Assembly: GCA_963764165.1 (NCBI GenBank)
Contig: CAVXRD010000002.1
Coordinates: 864,001-928,000 of the forward strand
DNA: 64,000 nt
Direction: 5' to 3'
From: an uncultured Verrucomicrobiae bacterium
Lineage (GTDB): Bacteria; Verrucomicrobiota; Verrucomicrobiia; Limisphaerales; Palsa-1400
The notes beneath the pieces were generated by a model, which ran no database searches, had not been told where the DNA came from, and saw nothing but the letters and a program-made list of their open reading frames with translations. Positions 17,403 to 27,004 of the stretch are shown here, one piece after another. The position numbers and the translations under genes are program-made. Within the stretch, counting starts at the first letter, position 1; every line of letters begins with the position of its first letter.

Positions 17403-18722
17403 GTGTTTATGCGAACATCGACATTTGAATTGAGAGCGTTCTTGGTGATCTTGTCACTTGCCCCGTCAGCCATGCATGGCGCGGGCGCCTGGCTTAGCAT
17501 GGGGTCGGGCTTGAATGGCCACGTGAGCGCCCTTGCCGTGTCGGGAGACATCCTGTATGTGGGCGGGTCGTTTACGACGGCGGGTGGCAACGCAGCCAAT
17601 CATATCGCGCAATGGAATGGGACCAATTGGGCGCCGCTGGGATCCGGTGTGAGCGGGGGCAGCTTTGGCACGCATGTGGACGCGATTGCGATCTCGGGAG
17701 GCACCCTTTATGCAGGCGGCTCATTTACGACCGCGGGCGGCAATGCGGCCAATTACATTGCGCAATGGAACGGAACCAATTGGTTGCCGCTGGCGTCCGG
17801 CATGAGTGACCGCGTGGAGGCGATCGCGGTTTCGGGCCAGACGCTCTACGCCGGAGGAGTGTTCCATTCGGCGGGCGGCAAAGTGGCTTACTACATTGCG
17901 CAATGGAACGGCAGCACATGGTTTCCGCTGGGCTCGGGCTCCGATTTGAACAACGAAGTCAACGCGCTGGGGGCGTCAGACAGCACGCTTTATGTCGGCG
18001 GCTATTTCACGATGGCAGGCACGAACGCGCCCGGCAGCATCGTGCAATGGGATGGGACGTCATGGCTGGCCCTCGGCTCGGGAGTAAATGGCTCCGTCAG
18101 CGCGCTGGCGATGGCGGGCAGCACTCTTTACGCAGCGGGAGATTTCACGACTGCGGGCGGCAATCCGGCCAATTGCATCGCGCAATGGAACGGCAACAGT
18201 TGGGCAGCTCTGGGATCGGGTGTCAACGGTCCAGTGAGCGCGCTGGCGGTATCCGGCAACACAGTCTACGCGGGTGGCTCATTCACCAATGCCGGCGGGA
18301 ATGCTGCCAATTACATAGCGAAATGGGACGGAACCAATTGGTCGCCGTTGGGGGCGGGCATGGGTGGTGGCTCTTCCACTGAGGTGAATGCGCTGGCGGT
18401 TTCGGGAGGAACCCTTTTTGCGGGCGGCAATTTCCTGACCGCAGGGACAAACGCGGCCGACTACGCGGCTGAATTCGATATCACGGCCTCCCCTCTTGCC
18501 ATCATTGCCACGAACATCGCATTCGGGTTTAGCAACGGGTTTTTTGGTTTTAATGTCTCCGGGCCTCCCGGTTCCAACGTCGTCATTCAGGCGTCCACAG
18601 ATTTGAATCTGGCGAACTGGGTCGCGCTGCAAACCAACCTGCTGGATGGAAACGGGCTGGCCTATTTTTCGGATTCCAACTCCGCCACTCCACAAAAATA
18701 CTACCGCGCCGTGATGCCGTGA
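17403..18722 (+). CDS. Secreted repeat beta-propeller-like protein
   Basis: Signal peptide; about 6 repeats of V.ALAVSG..LYAGG.FT.AGG..ANYIAQWNGTNW..LGSG; shared C-terminal domain. Confidence 0.85.
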   Translation: MFMRTSTFELRAFLVILSLAPSAMHGAGAWLSMGSGLNGHVSALAVSGDILYVGGSFTTAGGNAANHIAQWNGTNWAPLGSGVSGGSFGTHVDAIAISGGTLYAGGSFTTAGGNAANYIAQWNGTNWLPLASGMSDRVEAIAVSGQTLYAGGVFHSAGGKVAYYIAQWNGSTWFPLGSGSDLNNEVNALGASDSTLYVGGYFTMAGTNAPGSIVQWDGTSWLALGSGVNGSVSALAMAGSTLYAAGDFTTAGGNPANCIAQWNGNSWAALGSGVNGPVSALAVSGNTVYAGGSFTNAGGNAANYIAKWDGTNWSPLGAGMGGGSSTEVNALAVSGGTLFAGGNFLTAGTNAADYAAEFDITASPLAIIATNIAFGFSNGFFGFNVSGPPGSNVVIQASTDLNLANWVALQTNLLDGNGLAYFSDSNSATPQKYYRAVMP

Positions 18723-18859
18723 CCGCACTGCGATGACGGGCCAGCAAGGTTTCGGAATCCGCTGCAAGAACCGGAAGGAGTTCTCCTCACGAGCCACACC
18801 GCTCGTTTTGCATTGCCAAACCGGGCCCGGCCATTAGACAGTTTGAAGAAGAGAATAAA

Positions 18860-20305
18860 ATGACGACGAGCCCCAAAAACCAATTCCTTTCGATGATGAT
18901 TTTAATGGCCGCGCCAGCCATGCTATCGCTGGCCGCCAGTGCGGAGATCGAGACATGGCCGCAGTTTCACGGGGCCAACGGCTCCGGCGTCGCAAGCGCC
19001 GCGAAGCCTCCGGTGAACTTTGGGCCGACTAATGGCGTGCTTTGGGGCGTGGATGTCCCGTGGTCTCCCTCCTCACCTTGCGTTTGGGACAACAAGATTT
19101 TTCTCACGACATTTAATAATGGCGAGCTTGAAACCCGCTGCCACGACGCTAAAGACGGCAAGCTTCTTTGGGCTCACGGAGTAAAACCCGCCGCCATCGA
19201 AGACTACCACAATACAGACGGCAGTCCTGCCGCTTCAACACCCGCTTGCGACGGACAGCACGTCGTGAGTTATTTTGGTTCGTTCGGCGTCATTTGCCAC
19301 GACACCAACGGCAAGGAACTTTGGCGCCATCCGCTTCCGGTGGCGCTGAGCGCCGGCCAATACGGCACGGGAACCTCGCCGATTATTGCCGATGGCCGCG
19401 CCATCATCAGCCGCGACCAATTTCGGGATTCGTCGATCCTGGCTCTCGACTTGAAAACCGGAGACAAACTTTGGGACGCTCCGCGGCCGGATTCCCGCGG
19501 GAGCTTCGGAACTCCGACATTATGGAACAACAACGGCGTGGATGAAATCGTCCTCGCCTCGGGCGGACACATCAAGGGCTACGATTTGAAAACCGGCGCG
19601 GAACGCTGGGTCATTGACGGCGTGACGGGCTTCGTTTGCACGACGTCCGTGGTTGCCGACGGCATGCTTTACTTCGCGGCGTGGTCCAACGGGACAGTGG
19701 ATTCCCAAATGCCGACATGGGAGGAATTTCGCAAAGCCTTCGACAAAAATGGCGACGGCGTTGTCACGTTCGATGAGATCGATCCCAAACTTCTGCAATA
19801 CATGCGCGGCATGGACGCGAATCGCGACGGCAAATTCACGAAGGAAGATTTCGATTTGATGAAGGCGGGGTCCGCGCATTGTGAAAATTTGGTGGTCGCG
19901 GTAAGGCCCGGCGGCACAGGCAATATCACGGCCTCACACGTCGCCTGGAAATTCACCAAGGGCCTTCCCTATGTCCCCTCTCCAATCTGTTATGATGGCC
20001 GCGTTTATTTCGTCAAAGACGGTGGCATGCTGACATCGCTGAACGCAAAAACGGGCGAACCGTTTTACACGCAAGAACGGCTTCTTGAAGCGGCGGGAGC
20101 CTACTACTCCTCGCCCGTCGCGGCAGACGGCCGCATTTATCTCGCATCGCTGAAAGGCACGCTGACAGTGGTCAAAGCCGGTGGCGAGAAACCGGAAATT
20201 CTGCACCAGGTGGATTTGGGCGACCGCATTCTTGCCACACCCGCTTTGGTCGGAGACAAAATATACGTTCGGACGACTGGAAAGTTGTGGGCTTTCGGGA
20301 AATAA
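18860..20305 (+). CDS. PQQ-like (BamB-like) beta-propeller protein with an EF-hand insert
   Basis: Signal peptide, WPQFHG, propeller blades, DKNGDGVVTFDE and DANRDGKFTKED. Confidence 0.85.
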   Translation: MTTSPKNQFLSMMILMAAPAMLSLAASAEIETWPQFHGANGSGVASAAKPPVNFGPTNGVLWGVDVPWSPSSPCVWDNKIFLTTFNNGELETRCHDAKDGKLLWAHGVKPAAIEDYHNTDGSPAASTPACDGQHVVSYFGSFGVICHDTNGKELWRHPLPVALSAGQYGTGTSPIIADGRAIISRDQFRDSSILALDLKTGDKLWDAPRPDSRGSFGTPTLWNNNGVDEIVLASGGHIKGYDLKTGAERWVIDGVTGFVCTTSVVADGMLYFAAWSNGTVDSQMPTWEEFRKAFDKNGDGVVTFDEIDPKLLQYMRGMDANRDGKFTKEDFDLMKAGSAHCENLVVAVRPGGTGNITASHVAWKFTKGLPYVPSPICYDGRVYFVKDGGMLTSLNAKTGEPFYTQERLLEAAGAYYSSPVAADGRIYLASLKGTLTVVKAGGEKPEILHQVDLGDRILATPALVGDKIYVRTTGKLWAFGK

Positions 20306-20327
20306 CCTTTCGAGCCGCCCTTGAGTT

Positions 20328-20975
20328 TTAAGGACGCGCTTGCTTGGCGCCCTGCCTGGTCTGTTCGAGCACGCGATCCAGCTCGGCCTCAGCCTCGGTC
20401 ACTTTGCCCGCTTCAATGAGAGGCTTGAACTTCTCTTCCATCGCCTTGCCGATGGCCGACGGATCGCGCCCGCTGGCGGCCCATTCTTGCATGGCCTCCT
20501 TCACGCGCTGGACTTTTTCCGTGAGACGCTGGCGGGTCGCTTCCACGAACGGCGCGCTGCCGCCTTTCGTGATTTCTTTCAGTTTTGCCTGCTGCTCCGG
20601 CGTCAGGAAATTCTTGGTCCAGGCAAGCAGACCAATATGCAGGTGCTTCAAATCGCGTTCCGCATCGAGGACTTTGTCGAGCTGCGCAGTGAGGGCTGCC
20701 TCGTCCACCCGCTCTTGTCTGGCGAGGGAAGAGAGCGCGGCGGTTTCGCGGGTTAGCCGCTCCGCGAGTTCCTTGGATCGCGGCTGGATCTTCTCAACGT
20801 GGGCGCGAAATTCCTCCCGCTGGTCCTTCGTCAGGCCGATTTGCTCGCCAGCCATCATGACAGCTTCGGGCGGAAAAAAAGCTCCCGCCAGCGGATCGGT
20901 TTCAGCGGCGGGCTTGTCTTCCGCGGCCAGGCGGCAAGCAATGAACAGGACAGCGATAAGGTTTCTAATTTTCAT
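20328..20975 (-). CDS. Periplasmic Spy/CpxP / heavy-metal-sensor-like protein
   Basis: Signal peptide MKIRNLIAVLFIAC; IGLTKDQRE and LTPEQQAKL motifs. Confidence 0.75.
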   Translation of the reverse strand: MKIRNLIAVLFIACRLAAEDKPAAETDPLAGAFFPPEAVMMAGEQIGLTKDQREEFRAHVEKIQPRSKELAERLTRETAALSSLARQERVDEAALTAQLDKVLDAERDLKHLHIGLLAWTKNFLTPEQQAKLKEITKGGSAPFVEATRQRLTEKVQRVKEAMQEWAASGRDPSAIGKAMEEKFKPLIEAGKVTEAEAELDRVLEQTRQGAKQARP

Positions 20976-21030
20976 GGTGGATGATTCGAGTATGTTTGTT
21001 TTTGAGATTTGTTGCAGGATTGAGCCCTCA

Positions 21031-21489
21031 TCATTGCGGAACTGTCGGAGCTTCGAGCAGCGAGGCCGTCGGTGACATCCACGCTGGAAGCACGGAACTG
21101 GTGTCGAACGCGAGGCGCGCAACCGCGTCCTGGGAGGAAGCAATGGCGGCGGCTACGTCCGGTGTGCCGCGCAGGGGTTTGGTAGCTCTCGGCAGCGCTG
21201 CGAATACGACCAAAGCCGCAATGGCTGCCGCCGCCGCGGCCCAGCGCCGATGGCGCGGCCCTGCCCCGGCACGGGATTCGTGCAGCGAGGTCATCTGGTT
21301 GGATCCGGTTTCCTCAGCGGCGAACGCATCCGCCATGGCGCCCAAAGCCATGTCGAGATTCATGTAATCGAGATACAAGTCGCGCAGATCGGCGTCTTGG
21401 TTGAGGGCATTGAGCAAAGCGCCCGTCTCTTCCACGCTCAACTGTCCGTCAACATACTGCTGAATTCTTTCGTGCCAATGCGATTTCAT
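21031..21489 (-). CDS. Putative membrane-anchored anti-sigma factor
   Basis: IQQYVDGQLS N-terminus, single TM helix, overlaps the ECF stop codon. Confidence 0.7.
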   Translation of the reverse strand: MKSHWHERIQQYVDGQLSVEETGALLNALNQDADLRDLYLDYMNLDMALGAMADAFAAEETGSNQMTSLHESRAGAGPRHRRWAAAAAAIAALVVFAALPRATKPLRGTPDVAAAIASSQDAVARLAFDTSSVLPAWMSPTASLLEAPTVPQ

Positions 21490-22019
21490 TGCAGGCCTTC
21501 CCTCGAGAGTTGACGACGCGCGCACTCCAGCAGCGCCTGCCGAATCCGGTGCAGCGCCTTGTAAAGCGACATCGCTGTCTGGCCGCGCTTGGCCGCAAGT
21601 TCATCCATGCGCGTGCCCTTGGCGTAGGCACAGAGGACAAGTTCGCGCTGCGCCGGCTTTAGCTTTTGCAAACACGCCTCGAGAGCCTCGCGTTGCGCAT
21701 CATGCCGCGGCTCAGCCGCCGCCGCCTCGGCAGCGAGCCGATTGACAAGCGCCTCGTCAAACACATGGCGGTCGCGCGCCAAATCGCGCAGGCATGCCAG
21801 CGCTTCATAACGGGCGACGCCAAAAGCCCACTTCCGAAAGTCCCGCGAACCGTCAAATTCCCCGAACTTCTGCCAAAGCACGACCGCAACATCCTGCATG
21901 ACTGCCGAGGCGTCGCCACGCGAAGGCAGCAGCGAACGAATGTAAGTGCGCAGGGCAGGTTCGTGTTCGGCGAAAAGCCGAAGGAACAGTGTATGATGCT
22001 GGTCGTTCAAGTTGCGCAT
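21486..22019 (-). CDS. ECF sigma-70 factor
   Basis: LRTYIRSLL..VMQDVAVVLW..FRKWAFGVAR; region 4 LYKALHRIRQAL. Confidence 0.9.
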   Translation of the reverse strand: MRNLNDQHHTLFLRLFAEHEPALRTYIRSLLPSRGDASAVMQDVAVVLWQKFGEFDGSRDFRKWAFGVARYEALACLRDLARDRHVFDEALVNRLAAEAAAAEPRHDAQREALEACLQKLKPAQRELVLCAYAKGTRMDELAAKRGQTAMSLYKALHRIRQALLECARRQLSREGLQ

Positions 22020-22362
22020 AGGGCCGCCATGCCAAGTGTCTCCAAAACAGCGCTCCATTTGCCGAAAAATCTTCAGACAATTTTCGTGAGCATGCCATGT
22101 TCGATCTGATCTGGCATTATTAACCAGACAGAGAATAGCACGTGGGTCCGATTTCGTTCATCCTCCAGTCCGGCGCGATTCTTCATGCTTGTCACTCACG
22201 TTCCACAGGAATAAAAAGTTGAAATCGTGATTAAGTTCCCAGACAGCATTGCGCATGTGCCAGCAGCATCGGGCTCTGTGAATTTCGCGGCCGCGGATTG
22301 CATTGCGGGCCGGGTTGGCTCAATTGCGGCATGGAGTTCCGAGCGCATCCAGTGAGGAAGCA

Positions 22363-23145
22363 ATGAGCATCCCGTATTATCAAGTCGATGCATTCACAAA
22401 CACCCTTTTTTCCGGCAACCCGGCGGGGGTTTGTTTATTGACAGAATGGCTGCCAGACGCCGTCCTACAATCGATTGCCGCAGAAAACAATCTCGCGGAG
22501 ACTGCCTTTGTCGTGCAGAGGGACTCCCACTTCGACCTCCGCTGGTTCGCGCCCACCTTGGAAATGGACTTGTGCGGCCACGCGACGCTCGCTCCCGCTC
22601 ATGTCATCTTTCGGCACCTTGGCTGGCGTGGCTCCCTGGTGCGGTTTCAGACGCCATCCGGCTTGCTGACGGTGACTCGCGAGAATGATCTTCTGTCGCT
22701 TGACTTTCCATCCCGCCCTGCCGCTGACTGTTCCGCGCCGGCAGATCTGATTGAGGGTCTCGGCTGCACGCCAAGCGCCACCGCCAGGGCGCGCGATTAC
22801 ATGGCCGTTTTTGACTCGGAGCAGGCCATCCGCAGTCTTAAGCCTGGCATGACCGCACTCATGCGCCTCGATTGCTTGGGAATTATTGTCACGGCGCCAG
22901 GCGAGCGATGCGACTTCGTCTCGCGCTTTTTTGCCCCGCGCGCCGGTGTTCCCGAGGATCCCGCCACGGGCTCCTCGCACTGCACATTAATTCCATATTG
23001 GGCGCAGCGTCTCGGGCGCCAAACGTTTCACGCGTTGCAACTCTCCAAGCGCGGCGGGGAATTTTATTGTGAGGACCGCGGCGGACGCGTCGGCATCGCT
23101 GGGAGGGCTGTGACCTATTCAACGGGCTTCCTGCATGTGGGGTGA
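22363..23145 (+). CDS. PhzF-family isomerase
   Basis: QVDAFT..GNPAGV, ETAF, LCGHATLA, EDPATGS. Confidence 0.9.
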   Translation: MSIPYYQVDAFTNTLFSGNPAGVCLLTEWLPDAVLQSIAAENNLAETAFVVQRDSHFDLRWFAPTLEMDLCGHATLAPAHVIFRHLGWRGSLVRFQTPSGLLTVTRENDLLSLDFPSRPAADCSAPADLIEGLGCTPSATARARDYMAVFDSEQAIRSLKPGMTALMRLDCLGIIVTAPGERCDFVSRFFAPRAGVPEDPATGSSHCTLIPYWAQRLGRQTFHALQLSKRGGEFYCEDRGGRVGIAGRAVTYSTGFLHVG

Positions 23146-23237
23146 GCCGCGTTCAAGTGAGGCGCCCGGCTGATGCCTCAAAAAACGCTGCGCCTTTTTG
23201 GGCTGGTTTTCGCTTTAAGATATAGAATGTTGCACTC

Positions 23238-26200
23238 TTGATGAAAAGCCAACGCGAGCGCGAAGCGGCGATTTTTAGCGAGGCCCGGCGGCTGTCCCCA
23301 CCATTGCGGGCGGAGCACCTCAGCCGTGCCTGCGCGGGTGATGCCTCTCTTCGAAAACGGGTGGAAGAGTTGCTGCGGCATTTTGAGGCGGCGGAAGGGT
23401 TTATGGACGAACCGGCGATTCTTGCGGCAAGACCCGGCCCGCAACCTGCGGATTCAGCCGCCTCCGAGAAGCCTGGTGGCCGCATCGGGCGATATAAACT
23501 CCTGCAGCAAATTGGCGAAGGCGGCTGCGGAGTCGTCTACATGGCGGAGCAGGAAGAACCGGTCCGCCGCCTGGTCGCGCTCAAAGTCATCAAACTGGGG
23601 ATGGACACCAAACAGGTGATCGCGCGGTTCGAAGCCGAACGCCAGGCGCTGGCGATGATGGATCATCCAAATATCGCCAAAGTTCTGGATGCGGGCGCCA
23701 CGGAGTCCGGGCGGCCATATTTTGTCATGGAGTTGGTGCGCGGCATCAGGATCACCGCGTATTGCGATGAAAAAAGGTTTTCGACGGAGGATCGGCTCCT
23801 CCTGTTTATTCAAGTCTGCCATGCCATTCAACACGCCCATCAAAAAGGCATTATCCACCGCGACATCAAGCCATCAAATGTGCTGGTGACATCGCGGGAC
23901 GAAATTTCGGTGCCCAAGGTGATTGATTTTGGGATAGCCAAGGCCACCACCGACCAACGGCTCACGGACAAAACGCTTTTTACCGCGTTTGAACAATTCA
24001 TGGGGACGCCGGCCTATATGAGCCCCGAGCAGGCGGCGATGAACGAGATGGGAATTGACACGCGCAGCGATATTTATTCGCTCGGCATTCTGCTTTATGA
24101 ACTATTGACTGGCGCCACCCCGTTTGACACCGCCGAACTGATGGCGGGAGGATTGGATGCGCTTCGGCAAACGATTCGATTGAGGGAGCCGGTCCGGCCA
24201 TCCACGCGCTTAAGCACGATGGTCTCCGCCCAGTTGACAAGCCTGGCGGGGCAGCGGCAGACTGACGCTCCCAGATTGATCCATTTGATTCGGGGCGACC
24301 TGGATTGGATTGTGATGAAGGCGCTGGAAAAAGATCGCGCCCGGCGTTATGAGACGGCCAACGGCCTGGCACTGGACGTCCAGCGGTTCTTGGACAACGA
24401 ACCAGTCCTGGCGCGCCCTCCGAGCAATTTTTACCTTCTGCAAAAGCTTGTAAACCGCAACAAGCTCGCCTTTGCAGCCGCCGCCGCGGTGGTCGCGGCG
24501 CTGATGGCCGGTCTGGGACTTTCGACTTATCTGCTCGTGAGGGAAAAGGCGGCCAGCCGGCGGGCCATCAAGGCGGAAACCTCATCCAGGATGGCGGCCG
24601 CGCAGAGCGAGCAGATTGCGAAGTTTCTGGAACGGATGATCGAGGCCGCCGGACCGGAGGCCGCGCTCGGGCGCGATACGCAAATGATGCGGGAAATACT
24701 TGACAAAACGGAGAAGGAAATGGGCACGGAACTCAAAGGGCAGCCGGAAGTGCAAGCGCGGCTGACGATGACCATTGCCGGAGTCTACGATCAATTGAAC
24801 GACTTCTCGAAGACAGAGGCGCTTTGCCGGCACGCCATTGATTTGCGCCGGGGCGCCGTCGGAGATGAAGATGCGACGATCGGGCAGTGGCTCGATCATT
24901 TGGGCTCGGTGCAGATGCAGCGCGGCGATTTTGCCGGCGCGGAGGTGTCGCTTCGCCAGGCATTGGAACTGGAAAGGAAACTTTTCCCGGGCGGCGGGTT
25001 TCCAGTTGCAAACGTTTTGACTGACCTCGGAAGCTTGCAAGCGAAATGGGGCAATCCGGTCGAGGCGGCATCGACACTTCGTGCGGCTCTCGAGCCATTG
25101 AAAACACTCCCTGCCTCCGAAGACAAGTCGGCCTTGGAGGGCCATGTGCTGAATGAGCTGGGGCTGGTGCTTTGGAGGCAGGGCAATCTGGAGGAGGCGG
25201 AAGAGTCATTTCATAGAGCGATCTCTTTGGGGAAGCTCGCAGGAACTCAAAATACTCCTGAATCCCTGACTTCGCTGGGCAACCTTGGTTTATTGCTCTG
25301 GGAACGTGGCAAGCTGGAGGAAGCCGAAGAGGATCAACGCCAGACCCTGGCCATGAAAATCAAAGTCCTTGGAACGGAAACCAACACCCAGATTGCCGGC
25401 ACTCTGCACAATCTGGCGCTGGTTCTTCGGGATGAAGGCAAGCTGGCCGAGGCCGAGGGGTGCTCGCGCCGCGCACTGGTAATTGAAACGCGGCTGGTGG
25501 GAGAGAATCACCCTGACGTGGCGACCGCGCGAAAAGCCCTTGCGACGATCTTGCGTCGGCGCGGCGAGTCCGAGAATAACCCCGGGCTGCTCGAGGAGGC
25601 GCTGGCGCTGAACCCCGCCGATTTCCGAACGGCGGACGCGTTAACCGTCATGTTAGGGCGGAAGGCTGTGGCGTCCTCCGACGCACAACAAACCTCGTGG
25701 CGCTATAGCATTGCCGATCCCGGGCCCGAATGGGCGTCGCCAGAATTTGCCGACCACGCCTGGCTGGTTGATCCGCCCGCGCGGGGAACGCCAAATTGCC
25801 TGCCGCGTTCGGAACATGCGGTGACGCCTACGACCAACATCTGGCTGCGGCGTTCCTTCGACCTGAAAACTCTTCCAGCCAGCCCTGTTGTTTTTTTGGT
25901 GAGCGGCGATCATGACGCTCAGATTTTCATCAACGGCGCCAAGGCGGCCAACGTCGGCTGGTCGGATGCCGGCCAGTATGCGCCGTGCTTTGCGGCAGCC
26001 CAGTCAAAGCTAAGGGTGGGACGCAATGTGCTGGCTATGAAATGCAGCGATGCGGACAACAACGCGCGCATCGCAGCCGATATGATGTCTGATGAGGGCC
26101 AGGCCGATGGCCAGCGCCAAGTGATGGAATTATACGACGGCTGGCTGGCCAAAAACCCCCAGCGCGCCGAACTGCATGTGGGAAGGGCCGATGCATTGGC

Positions 26201-26873
26201 GAGGCGCGGGCGATGGCGCGAAGCGGCGGCCGATGTCAAGGAAGCGCTCAAGCTGGATTCGTCCGACTCGATTCAATGGTTTCGCTTGACACTATTGCTG
26301 GTTGAAACGGAGCCAGACGAAATCTACGCGCAGCAACGAGAATCGGCCTTGGAGCGTTTTTCTGATTCGAGTGATCCGACGGCGGCGGCCCGAATTTCCA
26401 TCGCAGCGCTGCTTAAGCCCGCCAGCGGAGCGGTGCTGGAAAAGGCCGGCAACCTGGCCGATGCCGCGGCAAAAGGGGAATACCGCGATTCCACATTGCC
26501 GCTGCGGCAACTGGCCAAGGCCCTGGCGGATCTTCGCCGCGGACGCTTTGCCGAGTCACAACAATGGGCGCGCAAAGCCATGGCGAATGCGGCGTCTCGC
26601 GCGGTTCCTGCATGGACGTGCGAAAGAGAAGACGATCTCGGCGCGCTGGCTCGTTCCGTTGAAGCCATGGCGCTTTGCAATTCAAACGCATTTGCCGAGG
26701 CCGCCGCGGCTCTCAATGCCGGAGGCGTATCCGAACTTTCCGAGGAAGACCGCAAGCGCTTGGGATCTGATTGGGCCGAGCGAATCATCGGAGATATTTT
26801 GTTCCGCCAGGCAAAGGCGCTTTGCCTGCCCGAAAATTCGGCCCGCCCTTCAGAAAAGCAATCCCTCCGTTAA
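23238..26873 (+). CDS. Membrane Ser/Thr protein kinase with TPR repeats and a jelly-roll sugar-binding-like insert
   Basis: GEGGCG, VALK, HRDIKPSN, DFG, GTPAYMSPEQ; TM helix; TPRs; WRYS..IWLRRSF..IFING..GRNVLA. Confidence 0.9.
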   Translation: MMKSQREREAAIFSEARRLSPPLRAEHLSRACAGDASLRKRVEELLRHFEAAEGFMDEPAILAARPGPQPADSAASEKPGGRIGRYKLLQQIGEGGCGVVYMAEQEEPVRRLVALKVIKLGMDTKQVIARFEAERQALAMMDHPNIAKVLDAGATESGRPYFVMELVRGIRITAYCDEKRFSTEDRLLLFIQVCHAIQHAHQKGIIHRDIKPSNVLVTSRDEISVPKVIDFGIAKATTDQRLTDKTLFTAFEQFMGTPAYMSPEQAAMNEMGIDTRSDIYSLGILLYELLTGATPFDTAELMAGGLDALRQTIRLREPVRPSTRLSTMVSAQLTSLAGQRQTDAPRLIHLIRGDLDWIVMKALEKDRARRYETANGLALDVQRFLDNEPVLARPPSNFYLLQKLVNRNKLAFAAAAAVVAALMAGLGLSTYLLVREKAASRRAIKAETSSRMAAAQSEQIAKFLERMIEAAGPEAALGRDTQMMREILDKTEKEMGTELKGQPEVQARLTMTIAGVYDQLNDFSKTEALCRHAIDLRRGAVGDEDATIGQWLDHLGSVQMQRGDFAGAEVSLRQALELERKLFPGGGFPVANVLTDLGSLQAKWGNPVEAASTLRAALEPLKTLPASEDKSALEGHVLNELGLVLWRQGNLEEAEESFHRAISLGKLAGTQNTPESLTSLGNLGLLLWERGKLEEAEEDQRQTLAMKIKVLGTETNTQIAGTLHNLALVLRDEGKLAEAEGCSRRALVIETRLVGENHPDVATARKALATILRRRGESENNPGLLEEALALNPADFRTADALTVMLGRKAVASSDAQQTSWRYSIADPGPEWASPEFADHAWLVDPPARGTPNCLPRSEHAVTPTTNIWLRRSFDLKTLPASPVVFLVSGDHDAQIFINGAKAANVGWSDAGQYAPCFAAAQSKLRVGRNVLAMKCSDADNNARIAADMMSDEGQADGQRQVMELYDGWLAKNPQRAELHVGRADALARRGRWREAAADVKEALKLDSSDSIQWFRLTLLLVETEPDEIYAQQRESALERFSDSSDPTAAARISIAALLKPASGAVLEKAGNLADAAAKGEYRDSTLPLRQLAKALADLRRGRFAESQQWARKAMANAASRAVPAWTCEREDDLGALARSVEAMALCNSNAFAEAAAALNAGGVSELSEEDRKRLGSDWAERIIGDILFRQAKALCLPENSARPSEKQSLR

Positions 26874-27004
26874 CACCGCAAGCGCCGCGCTGGCGGCCCA
26901 TTGCGCCTTTCCCCCAGAAATCTCGCTTAAGACCAATGACGGGCAAACGAATTTTGTCCGCGTTGTCGCAGCGGGCATGACGCCCGCGTTTGATCCCAAA
27001 TGTT

